A DNA stretch of 63,541 bases from Candidatus Dormiibacterota bacterium. Lineage in GTDB: Bacteria > Chloroflexota > Dormibacteria > Aeolococcales > Aeolococcaceae. The position numbers and the translations under genes were made by a program. Positions within the stretch are counted from its first letter, which is position 1; the number at the start of each line of letters is the position of its first letter. The stretch spans positions 1-63,541 of the forward strand of contig DAINCY010000006.1 in the NCBI GenBank assembly GCA_036732145.1, written 5' to 3'. The notes under the pieces are model-generated. The model saw only the letters and a list, made by a program, of their open reading frames with translations. It searched no databases and had not been told where the DNA came from. This document shows, piece by piece, positions 40,899 through 50,418 of this stretch.

Positions 40899-41732
40899 CT
40901 AGTAGACGAAGAGGTCGATGCCTCCGGCGACGGTGAGCACCTGACCGGTGATGTAGCGGGCCTCTGGCGACACAAGGAAGCAGATGGCGTGGGCGATGTC
41001 CTCGGGTTCCCCCGGCATCCTCAATGCGGTGCGGAGCACCATGCGGTCGTTCATCTTCGGACTGCCCGCCTTGAACGCCTCGGTGCCGATGATCCCCGGG
41101 GCGATGACGTTGGCCGTGATGCCGAAGCGCGCGCCCTCGAGCGCCATGGATTTGCCCAGCCCGATCAGGCCGGCCTTGGTGGTGGAGTACGACGCCTGCC
41201 CGAATCCACCGAGCGTCCCCGCCACTGAGGCCATGTAGATGACCCGGCCCCAGTTCTGTTCGCGCATGTACGGCCACGCCGCCTTGGTGCAGAGCATTGC
41301 CCCGCTCAGGTTGACGCGCAGGTCCCGCTCCCACAGCTCTTCGCTCTGGTTCTCGATCTGGGCGATGTGGTCGAGCGTGCCGGCGTTGTTGATGAGGATG
41401 TCGATGGAGCCGAAGTCCCTCTTCACCTGCCCGAAGACCTCGCTCACCTGGTCCCGGCTGGTCACGTCCATCTTCATCGCGGCCGAGCGCCGCCCCATCT
41501 GGCGGATCTCGTTGCTGGTCTGCTCTGCGTATACCGCGTGCTGCGAGGTGAAGAGCTGGGCGAGTGCCGAATTGGCGCCCTCGGCAGCCTTCTGGATGTC
41601 GGGGTCGGACTCGATGAGGATGTCGGTGACCACCACATCGGCGCCGGCGCGCGCCAGCGCCAGACAGTCGGCACGACCCAGACCGCGCGAGCCGCCGGTG
41701 ACGACAGCAACCTTGCCGGCGAGGCTGAACAT
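40899..41732 (-). CDS. Short-chain dehydrogenase/reductase (FabG-like)
   Basis: TGGSRGLG, INNAG, YSTTK, NVIAPG. Confidence 0.93.
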   Translation of the reverse strand: MFSLAGKVAVVTGGSRGLGRADCLALARAGADVVVTDILIESDPDIQKAAEGANSALAQLFTSQHAVYAEQTSNEIRQMGRRSAAMKMDVTSRDQVSEVFGQVKRDFGSIDILINNAGTLDHIAQIENQSEELWERDLRVNLSGAMLCTKAAWPYMREQNWGRVIYMASVAGTLGGFGQASYSTTKAGLIGLGKSMALEGARFGITANVIAPGIIGTEAFKAGSPKMNDRMVLRTALRMPGEPEDIAHAICFLVSPEARYITGQVLTVAGGIDLFVY

Positions 41733-41870
41733 CTACGGCTCTCCCAGTGGCCCGTGGTGCTGTGACGGTTGCCGATTATCGCCAAGCAACGCGCGGTTCT
41801 GCGGTGCCCTGTGGGGCGGTCGGCTATAGTCGCCGCGATCCGACGTGATCACCTACTGGGAGCGCGGCGC

Positions 41871-42365
41871 ATGAGAGAGTTCCTTGAGGTCGACATCGTC
41901 GTCGAGGTTCCCAAGGGCAGCCGCAACAAGTTCGAATGGGATCCCGCCGTGGGAGCCATGCGCCTCGATCGCGAGTTGTTCACGGCCACACGCTACCCGG
42001 CCGACTACGGCTTTGTCGTCGACACGCTCGGCGAGGACGGCGACCCGGTCGACGCTCTGGTCCTCCTTGGGGAGGCCACATTCCCCGGCTGCCACATCTT
42101 CTGCCGCCCACTCGGCGTGTTCTGGATGACCGACGAGCACGGCCCCGACGCGAAGCTACTCATGGTCCCATGTGCCGACACGCGTGTCGCATGGATGGAG
42201 CTCGAAGACGTGCCGGAGTCGCTGCTGCTCGAGATCGCCCATTTCTTCGAGATCTACAAGGAACTTGAGCCGGGCAAGGCCACCCAGGTGAGGGGCTGGG
42301 ACAGCCGCGCGGCAGCCGAGGCGGAGATCCACCGTGGCCGCGAGCGCCGCAACAACCGAGGCTGA
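41871..42365 (+). CDS. ppa: Soluble family I inorganic pyrophosphatase
   Basis: EVPKGSRNKFE, YPADYGF, DGDPVD, FFEIYKELEPGK. Confidence 0.95.
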   Translation: MREFLEVDIVVEVPKGSRNKFEWDPAVGAMRLDRELFTATRYPADYGFVVDTLGEDGDPVDALVLLGEATFPGCHIFCRPLGVFWMTDEHGPDAKLLMVPCADTRVAWMELEDVPESLLLEIAHFFEIYKELEPGKATQVRGWDSRAAAEAEIHRGRERRNNRG

Positions 42366-42392
42366 GGCGGTGCGGGACCGTCGCTGCTCCGA

Positions 42393-43646
42393 TCAGCCGG
42401 CCGCAGCGACCGCCTCCACACCGCTCGGGTCGTCCTTGATCACCCGTGGACGGGCGCCCAGCGCCTTCCGCTCGCCGAGGATGAGCCTGCTGATGACCAG
42501 GCGCTGAATCTCCGCAGTCCCTTCCCAGATCTGGTAGATCTTGGCGTCGCGCATGAAGCGCTCGACCGGATACTCCTTGATGTAGCCGTAGCCGCCCAGC
42601 ACCTGCACCGCATCCGTGGTGACCCGCATGGCGACGTCACCAGCCATCAGCTTCGCCATGGATCCCTCGCCGCGGGCGAATGGAATGCCGTTCTGAGCCA
42701 TCCATGCCGCCCGCAGCGTCAGCAGCCACGCGGCATCGATCTCCGTGGCCATGTCGGCGAGCTTGAAGGCGATGGCCTCGTGCTGCGCGATCGGCTTACC
42801 AAACGCATACCGCTCCAGGGAATAGTCGCGCGCGAACTCGTACGCGGCGCGGGCGATTCCCACTGCTCCGGCAGCAACAAGCGGTCGAGTGGCTTCGAGC
42901 ATCAGGAGCGCGCCGATGGCGCCCGGACCGGTGGCGTTGCCCTCTGTGTCGAATCCGAGACGAGCCTCTTCGGGAACGAAACAGTCTTCGAAGATGACCT
43001 GCGCGGTGTGTGACGCGCGCACTCCGAGCTTCTTCTCCTTACGCCCCTGCCTCATACCGGGGGTGTCCTTCTCGATGACGAAGCCGGCGATCCCAGCCGC
43101 CCCGGCGGACCTGTCGGTGGTGACGAACGCAACCTGGATGTCGGCGATGCCACCGTTGGTGCAGAACTGTTTGGTGCCGTTGAGCATGTAGCCGCCGCCG
43201 TCGACCTTGGTGGCCGTGGTTTCCAGCGCCATCGAATCCGACCCGCTGTTTGGTTCGGTCAGCCCCATCGCGCCGATGCGCAGCGTCTTGGGGTCGCACA
43301 ACATGCCGATGTACTTCTTCTTCTGATCCTCGGTTCCCATGGCGATGACGGCCGCGCCGGCCAGACCGGAGGCGTTGATGGAGACAGCGATGCCGGCGTC
43401 ACCCCAGGCCAGCTGTTCGGTGAGGATCAACGAGCTCATGAGGTCGATCCCGCCACCTCCGTACTCCTCGGGAAAGCCGCTGGCCGCGTCAAGTCCGAGG
43501 TCGTGGGCCTTTTGCATGACCGCCCACGGCGTCTCCTCTTTCTCGTCGTAGTCGGCGGCGACGGGGCGCATCTCGTTGATCGCGAACTCCTGGGTGAGCT
43601 TGCGGATCTCCTCCTGCTCCTGGGTGAAACTGAAGTCGAACCCCAT
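42393..43646 (-). CDS. Acyl-CoA dehydrogenase
   Basis: GLTEPNSGSD, NGTKQFCTNG, FGKPI..H..I.FKLADM, VLGGYGY, IWEGTAEIQR. Confidence 0.95.
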   Translation of the reverse strand: MGFDFSFTQEQEEIRKLTQEFAINEMRPVAADYDEKEETPWAVMQKAHDLGLDAASGFPEEYGGGGIDLMSSLILTEQLAWGDAGIAVSINASGLAGAAVIAMGTEDQKKKYIGMLCDPKTLRIGAMGLTEPNSGSDSMALETTATKVDGGGYMLNGTKQFCTNGGIADIQVAFVTTDRSAGAAGIAGFVIEKDTPGMRQGRKEKKLGVRASHTAQVIFEDCFVPEEARLGFDTEGNATGPGAIGALLMLEATRPLVAAGAVGIARAAYEFARDYSLERYAFGKPIAQHEAIAFKLADMATEIDAAWLLTLRAAWMAQNGIPFARGEGSMAKLMAGDVAMRVTTDAVQVLGGYGYIKEYPVERFMRDAKIYQIWEGTAEIQRLVISRLILGERKALGARPRVIKDDPSGVEAVAAAG

Positions 43647-43660
43647 GTCGGGTGTTCCCT

Positions 43661-44089
43661 CTATCGTGGGAGCCGGACTGTGGCCCGGCCGTTGGTGAGG
43701 ACGCGGTCGCCGCTGCTCGAAACCGCCTGGAGCTGCAGGGTGGCGACGCCCTCTGCTTCATCGACGTCGACCACGCGTCCCGTACATGTGAGCGTCTCAC
43801 CGGGAAGCAGCGGTTTGGAGAAGCGGCAGGCGACCGAAGCAACCTGTTCGTATCCACCTGCCCAGCGCGCCACGGCCTCGGTGAGGATGCCTGTGTCGAG
43901 CAGGCCGTGGGCAATGGTCCCCGGAAGCCCGACGGAGCGGGCGAAGTCGGGATCGACGTGAATCGGGTTGTGGTCCCCTGACGCCTGAGCGTACGCGTTG
44001 ATCTGCTCCTGCGTCACGGTGCGGGCCAGCGGGGTCATCTCGTCCCCAACGGCAACCGACCTGAGGGTTGCGGCGCCGGCTTCGCTCAT
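43661..44089 (-). CDS. MaoC-family dehydratase (catalytic hot-dog subunit)
   Basis: YAQASGDHNPIHVD..FA...G..IAHG. Confidence 0.92.
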   Translation of the reverse strand: MSEAGAATLRSVAVGDEMTPLARTVTQEQINAYAQASGDHNPIHVDPDFARSVGLPGTIAHGLLDTGILTEAVARWAGGYEQVASVACRFSKPLLPGETLTCTGRVVDVDEAEGVATLQLQAVSSSGDRVLTNGRATVRLPR

Positions 44090-44487
44090 CGGATGATCAT
44101 CAGCGAGCGGCCGCGGCAGACGGTCTGGCCGTCCTGCCTATGCGCTTCGTGCTCGACGCCGATAAAGGTCATGCCGCGTTTCTCCTCGACGGATGCGATA
44201 ACCGCGGTGGCGTCGACCACGTCGCCGCGACGCACCGGGTTGGGCCACTCGAAAGACTGCTCGCCGTGGACGAGACCGGCGAGGTTGACCCCCACCTCGG
44301 CGTCAGCGAAGAGCAGAGCAAGGGTGGGAAAGAGGCCATAGGCAGCGGCGTAGGTCGGCGGCACCGTGCCAGGCGAGTAGACCTCATCCGAGCCGGCGAT
44401 CGCCCGTGCAAACGCCTCGGCTGCCACGCCGTCGACCACCTGGCCGGTCGCCTCGTAGCGGCGGCCGACGTGGCTCTGATCAGGCAC
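44086..44487 (-). CDS. MaoC N-terminal-like hot-dog subunit (HadA-like)
   Basis: FARAI, VPPTY, LVHGEQSFEW..PV..GD; ATGA overlap with the next gene. Confidence 0.85.
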   Translation of the reverse strand: MPDQSHVGRRYEATGQVVDGVAAEAFARAIAGSDEVYSPGTVPPTYAAAYGLFPTLALLFADAEVGVNLAGLVHGEQSFEWPNPVRRGDVVDATAVIASVEEKRGMTFIGVEHEAHRQDGQTVCRGRSLMIIR

Positions 44488-44635
44488 GAGGGACCTCCTC
44501 GAGTCGGTGGCGGGCGCTCAGGCTTTGACCATGCGCCGCGGAGGCCAACGCGTCAAGCCGACCCACAATTGACATCGGCGTCAACCCTTGTGCGGTGACT
44601 ATAGCACTGGGGTATCCCGGCGTCCGACCGAGGCG

Positions 44636-44830
44636 TCAGGCCAGACCCACCATGGCAGCCTCTCGGTGGAACCGCACCCGGCAGCGGTGGCATTTGAAGA
44701 CCAGGCGGAGGCCGAGGCGGCCGATCACCCCGGCCTCGCCGTCGAGACAGTTGGGGCACATAGCGTGCTCCTGCGCGAACTGGGTGGGCACTGCCTTCAG
44801 CGGCAGTTCGACCGGCTTGTACTTCCTCAT
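44636..44830 (-). CDS. Small Zn-ribbon protein (CPNC...CHRC), 64 aa
   Basis: Two CxxC pairs; TACCAT 8 nt upstream of ATG 44830. Confidence 0.7.
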   Translation of the reverse strand: MRKYKPVELPLKAVPTQFAQEHAMCPNCLDGEAGVIGRLGLRLVFKCHRCRVRFHREAAMVGLA

Positions 44831-44892
44831 GACGGCGCATGGTAGCACTTTATGGGATAGTGTCATTATCAGTTTTAGCCCAGCCGGGGACT

Positions 44893-45088
44893 GGGCACGA
44901 CGGGCACAGGACGCAGCTCTCGACGGCCGGTGACCTGGCTCCACCCCCTCCCGTTCGGTCGCTCGGTCACTGTACCGGAGCCGTATCTCCGAACCTGCCT
45001 GGCTTTGACGGCGGGCATCCACCTTTGTTAACCTCCGCCGCGACCTGATCGTTGGGGGATGGTCGACGACGTCCCGCGGGGCGTACCC
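44893..45088 (+). ncRNA. ssrS: Probable 6S RNA (ends approximate)
   Basis: Long irregular hairpin (44941-44962 with 45040-45062; outer ggacg/cgtcc and gggcacg/cgtaccc), central bubble, terminal gccgt/acggc stem; GGAGCCGUAU and GGGCAUCCACCU resemble Bacillota 6S motifs. Confidence 0.7.
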
Positions 45089-45098
45089 GTGAGGAGGG

Positions 45099-45998
45099 GT
45101 GGTCATTCGCGGTAGCCGACATCGACTCATCCGGCACGCGTGGGTGCTGTTGGCGGCGTTCCTGCTGCCTGTGCTGGCGCCCCGCGCCTCACTGACCGCC
45201 GCCGTTGTGGTCACCGCCCCCCATCCCAGTGGCGACATCATCCTCAGCGCCGTCATCGAGCGCCCGGCGATCGTCCCCCCGATCGCCGCCCGGCCGGCAC
45301 AGACAGTGGTCGTCAGGTCCGGTCAGACAGTCGAGTTGCTGGCCGCCGCCGACCACTCCGACGCCGCGGCAATTCGGTGGGCCAACAGTCTCGCAGCCGG
45401 CGCCGAGCCCCCAGCCGGAGCGGCGCTCCTGCTTCCCCCCAGTGCGGGCGCGCTCGTGGCCGTGCTCGGCGATGAGCGACCGAGTCAGTTCGCCAAGCGT
45501 CTCGGCTTCGATTCCCGGGTGGTCCTCGACTACAACGCCCTCGCCAAGGACACACCCCGCCCCGCCGGCAGCTACCTTCAGGTGCCGATCAGCGCCGCCC
45601 CCGCCGGCGCGCTCGTGGGCCGTTTCTTCTCCCGGTCCGCGGGCGGCGTGCCCTCCATCGTCGAGGTCCACAAGTCAGTCCCTGTCGGGTTCCCGTACGG
45701 CCAGTGCACGTACTACGCCGCGATGCGCCGCAACGTGACCTGGTCCGGCAACGCATGGGTGTGGTTCGCTGCGGCCAATGGCATCCGCCCCGAGGGCCAA
45801 ATCGCCGTCGCCGGAGCCCTGGTGGTGTTCCACACCGGCTGGTTCGGCCACGTCGCATACGTGGACAAGGTCAACTCCGACGGTAGCTTCCTCGTCTCCG
45901 AGATGAACTACTACGCCAACGGCGGGGGCTGGGGGCGCGTCGACCACCGCACCATCACCGCTGCCGACCTTCGCACCATCGCGGGCTTCATCTACTAG
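45099..45998 (+). CDS. Secreted LysM-like + CHAP peptidoglycan hydrolase
   Basis: Signal/TM segment, degenerate LysM repeats, FPYGQCTYY (Cys), GHVAYV (His), SEMNY. Confidence 0.88.
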   Translation: MVIRGSRHRLIRHAWVLLAAFLLPVLAPRASLTAAVVVTAPHPSGDIILSAVIERPAIVPPIAARPAQTVVVRSGQTVELLAAADHSDAAAIRWANSLAAGAEPPAGAALLLPPSAGALVAVLGDERPSQFAKRLGFDSRVVLDYNALAKDTPRPAGSYLQVPISAAPAGALVGRFFSRSAGGVPSIVEVHKSVPVGFPYGQCTYYAAMRRNVTWSGNAWVWFAAANGIRPEGQIAVAGALVVFHTGWFGHVAYVDKVNSDGSFLVSEMNYYANGGGWGRVDHRTITAADLRTIAGFIY

Positions 45999-46061
45999 CT
46001 GGCCCGACGCGGCGGTCTTGTGCGGCGGCGGCGGAGGCGGCGACTCCCAAGCGGCTCTTGG

Positions 46062-46760
46062 CTATCCGGAGAAGCGGTAGCCGATGCCCGGAACGGAGTG
46101 GATGTACGTTGGCTTCTCGGCGTCGGGCTCGATCTTTCTGCGCAGCCTGTACACGTGGGCGTCGACGGTTCGCGTCTCGATCTCCACCTCATAGCCCCAC
46201 ACGCGACGGAGCAGCTCGCCGCGGCTCATCACCTGTCCTGGGCGGGAGGCGAGCAGCGCCAAGAGGTTGAACTCGGTCAGGGTGAGCATCACCTCCTCGC
46301 TGTCGCGAAACGCCTGGCGGCGGCCGAGGTCAATGGTGAGGCCGGGAAACTCGAAGCGATCGCGGGGCTGTTCCTGCGAGGAGATCTCGCTGCGCCGGAG
46401 GTGGGCACCGATGCGCGCCATCAGTTCGCGCACCTCGAAGGGCTTGGTGACGTAATCGTCGGCACCGAGCTCGAGGCCGACGACGACGTCGATGGTGTCG
46501 GCCTTGGCAGTGAGCATGATGATCGGCACCCGCGATCCCTCAGAGCGCAGCCGGCGGCAGACGTCCAGGCCGCTCATCCCAGGGAGATTGATGTCGAGGA
46601 TGATGAGATCCGGAGATTGCTCACGGGCTGCAGCCAGTCCGTCGACGCCGTTGGCTGCCTCGAGCAGCGTGTGATTCTGGGCGCTGCACGCGAGCCTCAC
46701 GACCTCACGGCTGGGGGCGTCGTCCTCGACGATGAGGATGGTCTTTCCGGCTCCGGTCAT
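46062..46760 (-). CDS. OmpR-family response regulator
   Basis: LIVEDD, ILDINLPG, MLTAK, GADDYVTKPF, RTVDAHVYRLRRKIE. Confidence 0.96.
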   Translation of the reverse strand: MTGAGKTILIVEDDAPSREVVRLACSAQNHTLLEAANGVDGLAAAREQSPDLIILDINLPGMSGLDVCRRLRSEGSRVPIIMLTAKADTIDVVVGLELGADDYVTKPFEVRELMARIGAHLRRSEISSQEQPRDRFEFPGLTIDLGRRQAFRDSEEVMLTLTEFNLLALLASRPGQVMSRGELLRRVWGYEVEIETRTVDAHVYRLRRKIEPDAEKPTYIHSVPGIGYRFSG

Positions 46761-48415
46761 GAGGCTTCGGTCTCCAGATACGTGGCGATCCTCTGTACGA
46801 AGTTCGCCACCTCGATCGGTTTAGAGATGTATCCCGAGCAGCCGGCGGCGAGTGCCTCCTGCTCGTTGCCCTTCATGGCGTTGGCGGTGAGCGCGACGAT
46901 GGGGATTGACGACGTCTTGGGGTCCGACTTGAGCATGCGCGTGACGGTGAGGCCATCGATGCCCGGCAACTCGATGTCCATCAGGACGAGATCGTACGGG
47001 GAACTCCGTGCCTTGTGCAGACCCTCGTTGCCGTCCACGGCGATGTCCACCTCGAAACCGTTGCCGCTCAGCACCATGGTGGCGAGTTCTCGGTTGCTCC
47101 GATTGTCCTCCACAAGAAGGATGCGGTTGTGGCGGTGGCCGTTGGGAGTCTGCAGGCCGGCCAGTGGCAGACGGAAGGTGAACACCGAACCAGTGCCCGG
47201 CTCGCTCACCAGTTCCAGCTTCCCGCCGTGGAGCTCGATGATGCGACGCGTCAGCGAGAGGCCGAGCCCGGTGCCCTCCACCTGACGGGTCGTGGCGGTA
47301 TCCACCTGGTAGAACTCGTTGAAGATTCGCTCGTGGTGCTCCTGCGGAATGCCCACCCCGGTATCGCCCACCTCGACGCACAGCGTCTCAGAATCGTCGG
47401 ACCTCGCCGTGACCCACACCCGTCCCCCCTGGGCGGTGAACTTGATGGCGTTGCTGAGCAGGTTATAGAGCACCTGCTTGAACTTGCTCTTGTCGGCCCG
47501 GACCAGGAGATCCTCCGGAACGATGTCAATGGTCAGGTCGATGTCACGCCGCTCGCTGAGCGAACGGATGACGTTGTGCACCTCGCGCACGGCGTTGTTG
47601 ACGAAGAAGTCGTCGTAGCTGAGCTCCATGCGCCCGGCCTCGATCTTGCTGAGGTCGAGCACATCGTTGACCAGCTCCAGGAGGTGCTTTCCCGATGTGT
47701 GGATGTTCTCCAGACACTCGTGGCGCTGCTCCTCCTCGAGGGCGACGAGATTGTCCTTGAGGATCTCGCTGAAGCCCAGGATGGCGTTGAGCGGGGTGCG
47801 CAGCTCGTGGCTCATGTTGGCGAGGAACTCGCTCTTCAGCCGCGAGATCTCGTTGATCTGTGCGTAACTCCGTTCGAGCTCACGCTTCTGCTCGGCGATC
47901 TGCGCCAGCTGTACCGTCTGACGGGCGTGCAGTCGTGCGTTGTCGATGGAGATGGCCGCCTGGTTGGCGATGACCTGCATCAGTGCCTGCTCGACCGACG
48001 TGAAGGGGCGCACCTCCCGTCGAGCCATGGTGAGCGCGCCCACCAACCGCTGCGGCGACTGCAGGGGCATCACCAGGCAGCTCCTCGGAGCGTGGGCCAT
48101 CGGCAGGTTCTTGAAACGGCTGTCCTTGGTGGCATCCACCACCGACACCACCTTGCGGTGCTGCGAGGCCCATCCGACGATGCCCTCTCCGAGCTCGAAC
48201 GTGGCCACCCGGGCGACCGCCTCCGTGAATGGGAAGGTGGCGATGGCGCTCAGGCTCCTGCCATCCTCGTCGAGGAGAAAGACGGTGGCGGCGTCGCAAG
48301 CCACCAGGTCGGAGGCGGCCTTGAGCATGAAGTCGATCGTCTCTTTCAGCTCCAAGCTGGAGGTGAAGAGATTGCCGACCTGACCGAGCAGATCGACAAT
48401 GACCTTGTCGTCCAT
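46757..48415 (-). CDS. Hybrid sensor kinase (GAF-HisKA-HATPase-REC)
   Basis: GAF; FLANMSHELRTPL; NLLSNAIKF; DTGVGI; GTGLGL; C-terminal LLVEDN..LMDI..KP. Confidence 0.96.
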   Translation of the reverse strand: MDDKVIVDLLGQVGNLFTSSLELKETIDFMLKAASDLVACDAATVFLLDEDGRSLSAIATFPFTEAVARVATFELGEGIVGWASQHRKVVSVVDATKDSRFKNLPMAHAPRSCLVMPLQSPQRLVGALTMARREVRPFTSVEQALMQVIANQAAISIDNARLHARQTVQLAQIAEQKRELERSYAQINEISRLKSEFLANMSHELRTPLNAILGFSEILKDNLVALEEEQRHECLENIHTSGKHLLELVNDVLDLSKIEAGRMELSYDDFFVNNAVREVHNVIRSLSERRDIDLTIDIVPEDLLVRADKSKFKQVLYNLLSNAIKFTAQGGRVWVTARSDDSETLCVEVGDTGVGIPQEHHERIFNEFYQVDTATTRQVEGTGLGLSLTRRIIELHGGKLELVSEPGTGSVFTFRLPLAGLQTPNGHRHNRILLVEDNRSNRELATMVLSGNGFEVDIAVDGNEGLHKARSSPYDLVLMDIELPGIDGLTVTRMLKSDPKTSSIPIVALTANAMKGNEQEALAAGCSGYISKPIEVANFVQRIATYLETEAS

Positions 48416-48490
48416 GGCCGGGCGAGTATACCGGCGCCCAAGCCCCTGCAGACCACTATTGCGGATTTCGGCAGTCGCCGAAGCTTCAGA

Positions 48491-49465
48491 TCAGCCCCGG
48501 CGGGCCTTGATCTCCTCGATCACCTGGGGAAGGATCTTCAGAGCATCACCGACGACTCCGAGGTCGGCGAGCTTGAAGATGGGGGCGTCTGCGTCGCGGT
48601 TGATGGCGATGATCGTCGTGGCCCCCTTCATCCCCACGGTGTGCTGCATGGCGCCGCTGATTCCGCAGGCGATGTACACCGCAGGCTTCACCGTCTTTCC
48701 GGTCTGGCCCACCTGCATCGAATACGGCACCCAGCCGGCATCGACCACCGCGCGGCTGGCGCCGACCGCGCCGCCGACCAGAGCCGCAAGCTGCTCGAGA
48801 AGCTCGAAATTCTTGGGATCGCCCAATCCACGGCCGCCGCTGATGACGATCGGAGCCTCCTCCAGCTTGGGACCGGAGGCCGCCTCGGCGCGGCGCTCCA
48901 CCACCCTGACCGAGCGGTGCTGTTCCGCGATCTCGCCGGCCACCGGCGTCACTGTGGCCGGACCGCCGCCTGCGCTCTCTGCAGCGAAGGACTTCGGCCG
49001 GATCAGAGCGATGGCCGGCCTCTTCGCCTCAAAGACGGTGGTGACGTCCTGGGTCGCTCCGAAGATCGACGACTGCACGGAGACCGTGCCGTTGGCGACG
49101 ACGTCCAGGCCGTTGGCGACGACCGGCACGTCGAGCTTGGCGGCGAGGCGTCCGGCGACATCGCGGCCGAGGTACGTGGCGGCGATGAGGATGAGGTCGG
49201 GATGGTGCTGATCCGCAAGGGCGGCGATGGCGTCGGCCGCCGGCCCCCCGGGCAGGAGTTCGCCGTAGGCGGCGTCGGTGCCGGCGTGGAGCGTTGTGGC
49301 GCCGTACTCGCCGAGAACTGCAGCGGCCGCCTCGGCCTGCGGCGACAGTGCCACCGCTTCGGTGGTGCCGCCCAGCGAGCGGGCCTTCGTCAGCAGTTCC
49401 AACACCGCGGGGACGGGTGCGCCGTCGACGATCTCCGCGAACACCCATGTCGTACCCAGGGCCAT
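48491..49465 (-). CDS. etfA: Electron transfer flavoprotein alpha subunit
   Basis: ISGGRGLG, GASRAVVDAGW, QVGQTGKTV.P..Y.ACGISGAMQH. Confidence 0.96.
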   Translation of the reverse strand: MALGTTWVFAEIVDGAPVPAVLELLTKARSLGGTTEAVALSPQAEAAAAVLGEYGATTLHAGTDAAYGELLPGGPAADAIAALADQHHPDLILIAATYLGRDVAGRLAAKLDVPVVANGLDVVANGTVSVQSSIFGATQDVTTVFEAKRPAIALIRPKSFAAESAGGGPATVTPVAGEIAEQHRSVRVVERRAEAASGPKLEEAPIVISGGRGLGDPKNFELLEQLAALVGGAVGASRAVVDAGWVPYSMQVGQTGKTVKPAVYIACGISGAMQHTVGMKGATTIIAINRDADAPIFKLADLGVVGDALKILPQVIEEIKARRG

Positions 49466-49466
49466 C

Positions 49467-50237
49467 TCAGATCACCTTCCTCTCGATGAGGAAGTCGACG
49501 ATCCGTTTGGCGGCCTCGCCGTCGCCCTGGATGATCTCGCCCGCAGCGCGCAAGGGGGCCGCATCGACGGCGGTGACCTTCTGGCCGGCGGATGCTCCAC
49601 CCACACCCTCGATGCCGAGGTCCGTGAGGGTGGGGCGGTCGAGAGGCTTCTGCTTGGCCCCCATGATCCCTTTGAGGGAGGGGTAACGGGGTTCGTTGAC
49701 CCCGGCGGTGACGCTGATCACCACCGGCAGCGTGGCCTCGACCACCTCGACGCCGGTCTCTGTCTGCCGCTCCACCGTGAGGATGTCGCCCTCATACGAG
49801 ACTGACTTGGCGAAGGTGACCGCGGGGATGTCGAGCAGGCCGGCAAGTATCTGAGGAACCACCCCCGTGTACCCGTCGGTCGACTCGGTCGCGGTGATCA
49901 CGACATCGAAGTCCATCTTGCGGATGGCGGCGGCGAGAACCTTGGCGGTGGTCAAGGCGTCGGAGCCGGCCAGCGAATCGTCAGTGATGAGCACCCCTTT
50001 GGCGGCGCCCATGGCGAGGGCCTTGCGCACGGCGTCGACGACGCGCTGCGGGCCCATGCTGACCACCGTGACCTCGCCGCCGTGTTTCTCGGCGAGTTGC
50101 AGGCCCGCCTCCACTCCAAACTCGTCGCCAGGATCGAGCACCAACTCCCCGTCGCGTTTGAGGCTGCGGGTCGAAGGGTCGAGCCGGCCCGGCGAGTTGG
50201 GATCGGGCACCTGCTTGACGCAGACGACGACGTTCAT
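49467..50237 (-). CDS. etfB: Electron transfer flavoprotein beta subunit
   Basis: VVCVKQVPD, ALAMGA, NEPRYPSLKGIMGAK; start ATG 50237. Confidence 0.96.
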   Translation of the reverse strand: MNVVVCVKQVPDPNSPGRLDPSTRSLKRDGELVLDPGDEFGVEAGLQLAEKHGGEVTVVSMGPQRVVDAVRKALAMGAAKGVLITDDSLAGSDALTTAKVLAAAIRKMDFDVVITATESTDGYTGVVPQILAGLLDIPAVTFAKSVSYEGDILTVERQTETGVEVVEATLPVVISVTAGVNEPRYPSLKGIMGAKQKPLDRPTLTDLGIEGVGGASAGQKVTAVDAAPLRAAGEIIQGDGEAAKRIVDFLIERKVI

Positions 50238-50418
50238 CGCGACTCCTGGATGAGGTCTGCGAAAGGGCGCCGTGACTCTACCCGACGGTTTCGACGGCAC
50301 GGGGGATCGCGTCCTTCGCCCACCTGGCGGTGACTTCTCAGGCATGCCTCAGGCCGAGCGCGCGATGGAGGTCGACAATGGGCAAACCCGATCAGCCTGT
50401 TCCAGAGAGACACCCACA

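Noticed and set aside
44842-44868. CIRCE-like TAGCACT...AGTG
   Set aside because: Spacing and right arm do not fit TTAGCACTC-N9-GAGTGCTAA, and no chaperone genes are adjacent
44940-45070. c-di-AMP (ydaO) riboswitch upstream of the CHAP gene
   Set aside because: Lacks the GGGGAACC/GGGGUGAAU and GUCAGCUAAC cores; a 6S-like rod fold fits better, though cmscan should decide
47015-49489. 824-aa plus-strand ORF
   Set aside because: Antisense shadow of the well-supported sensor kinase and etfA; long shadow ORFs are expected at about 70% GC and it has no recognisable motifs
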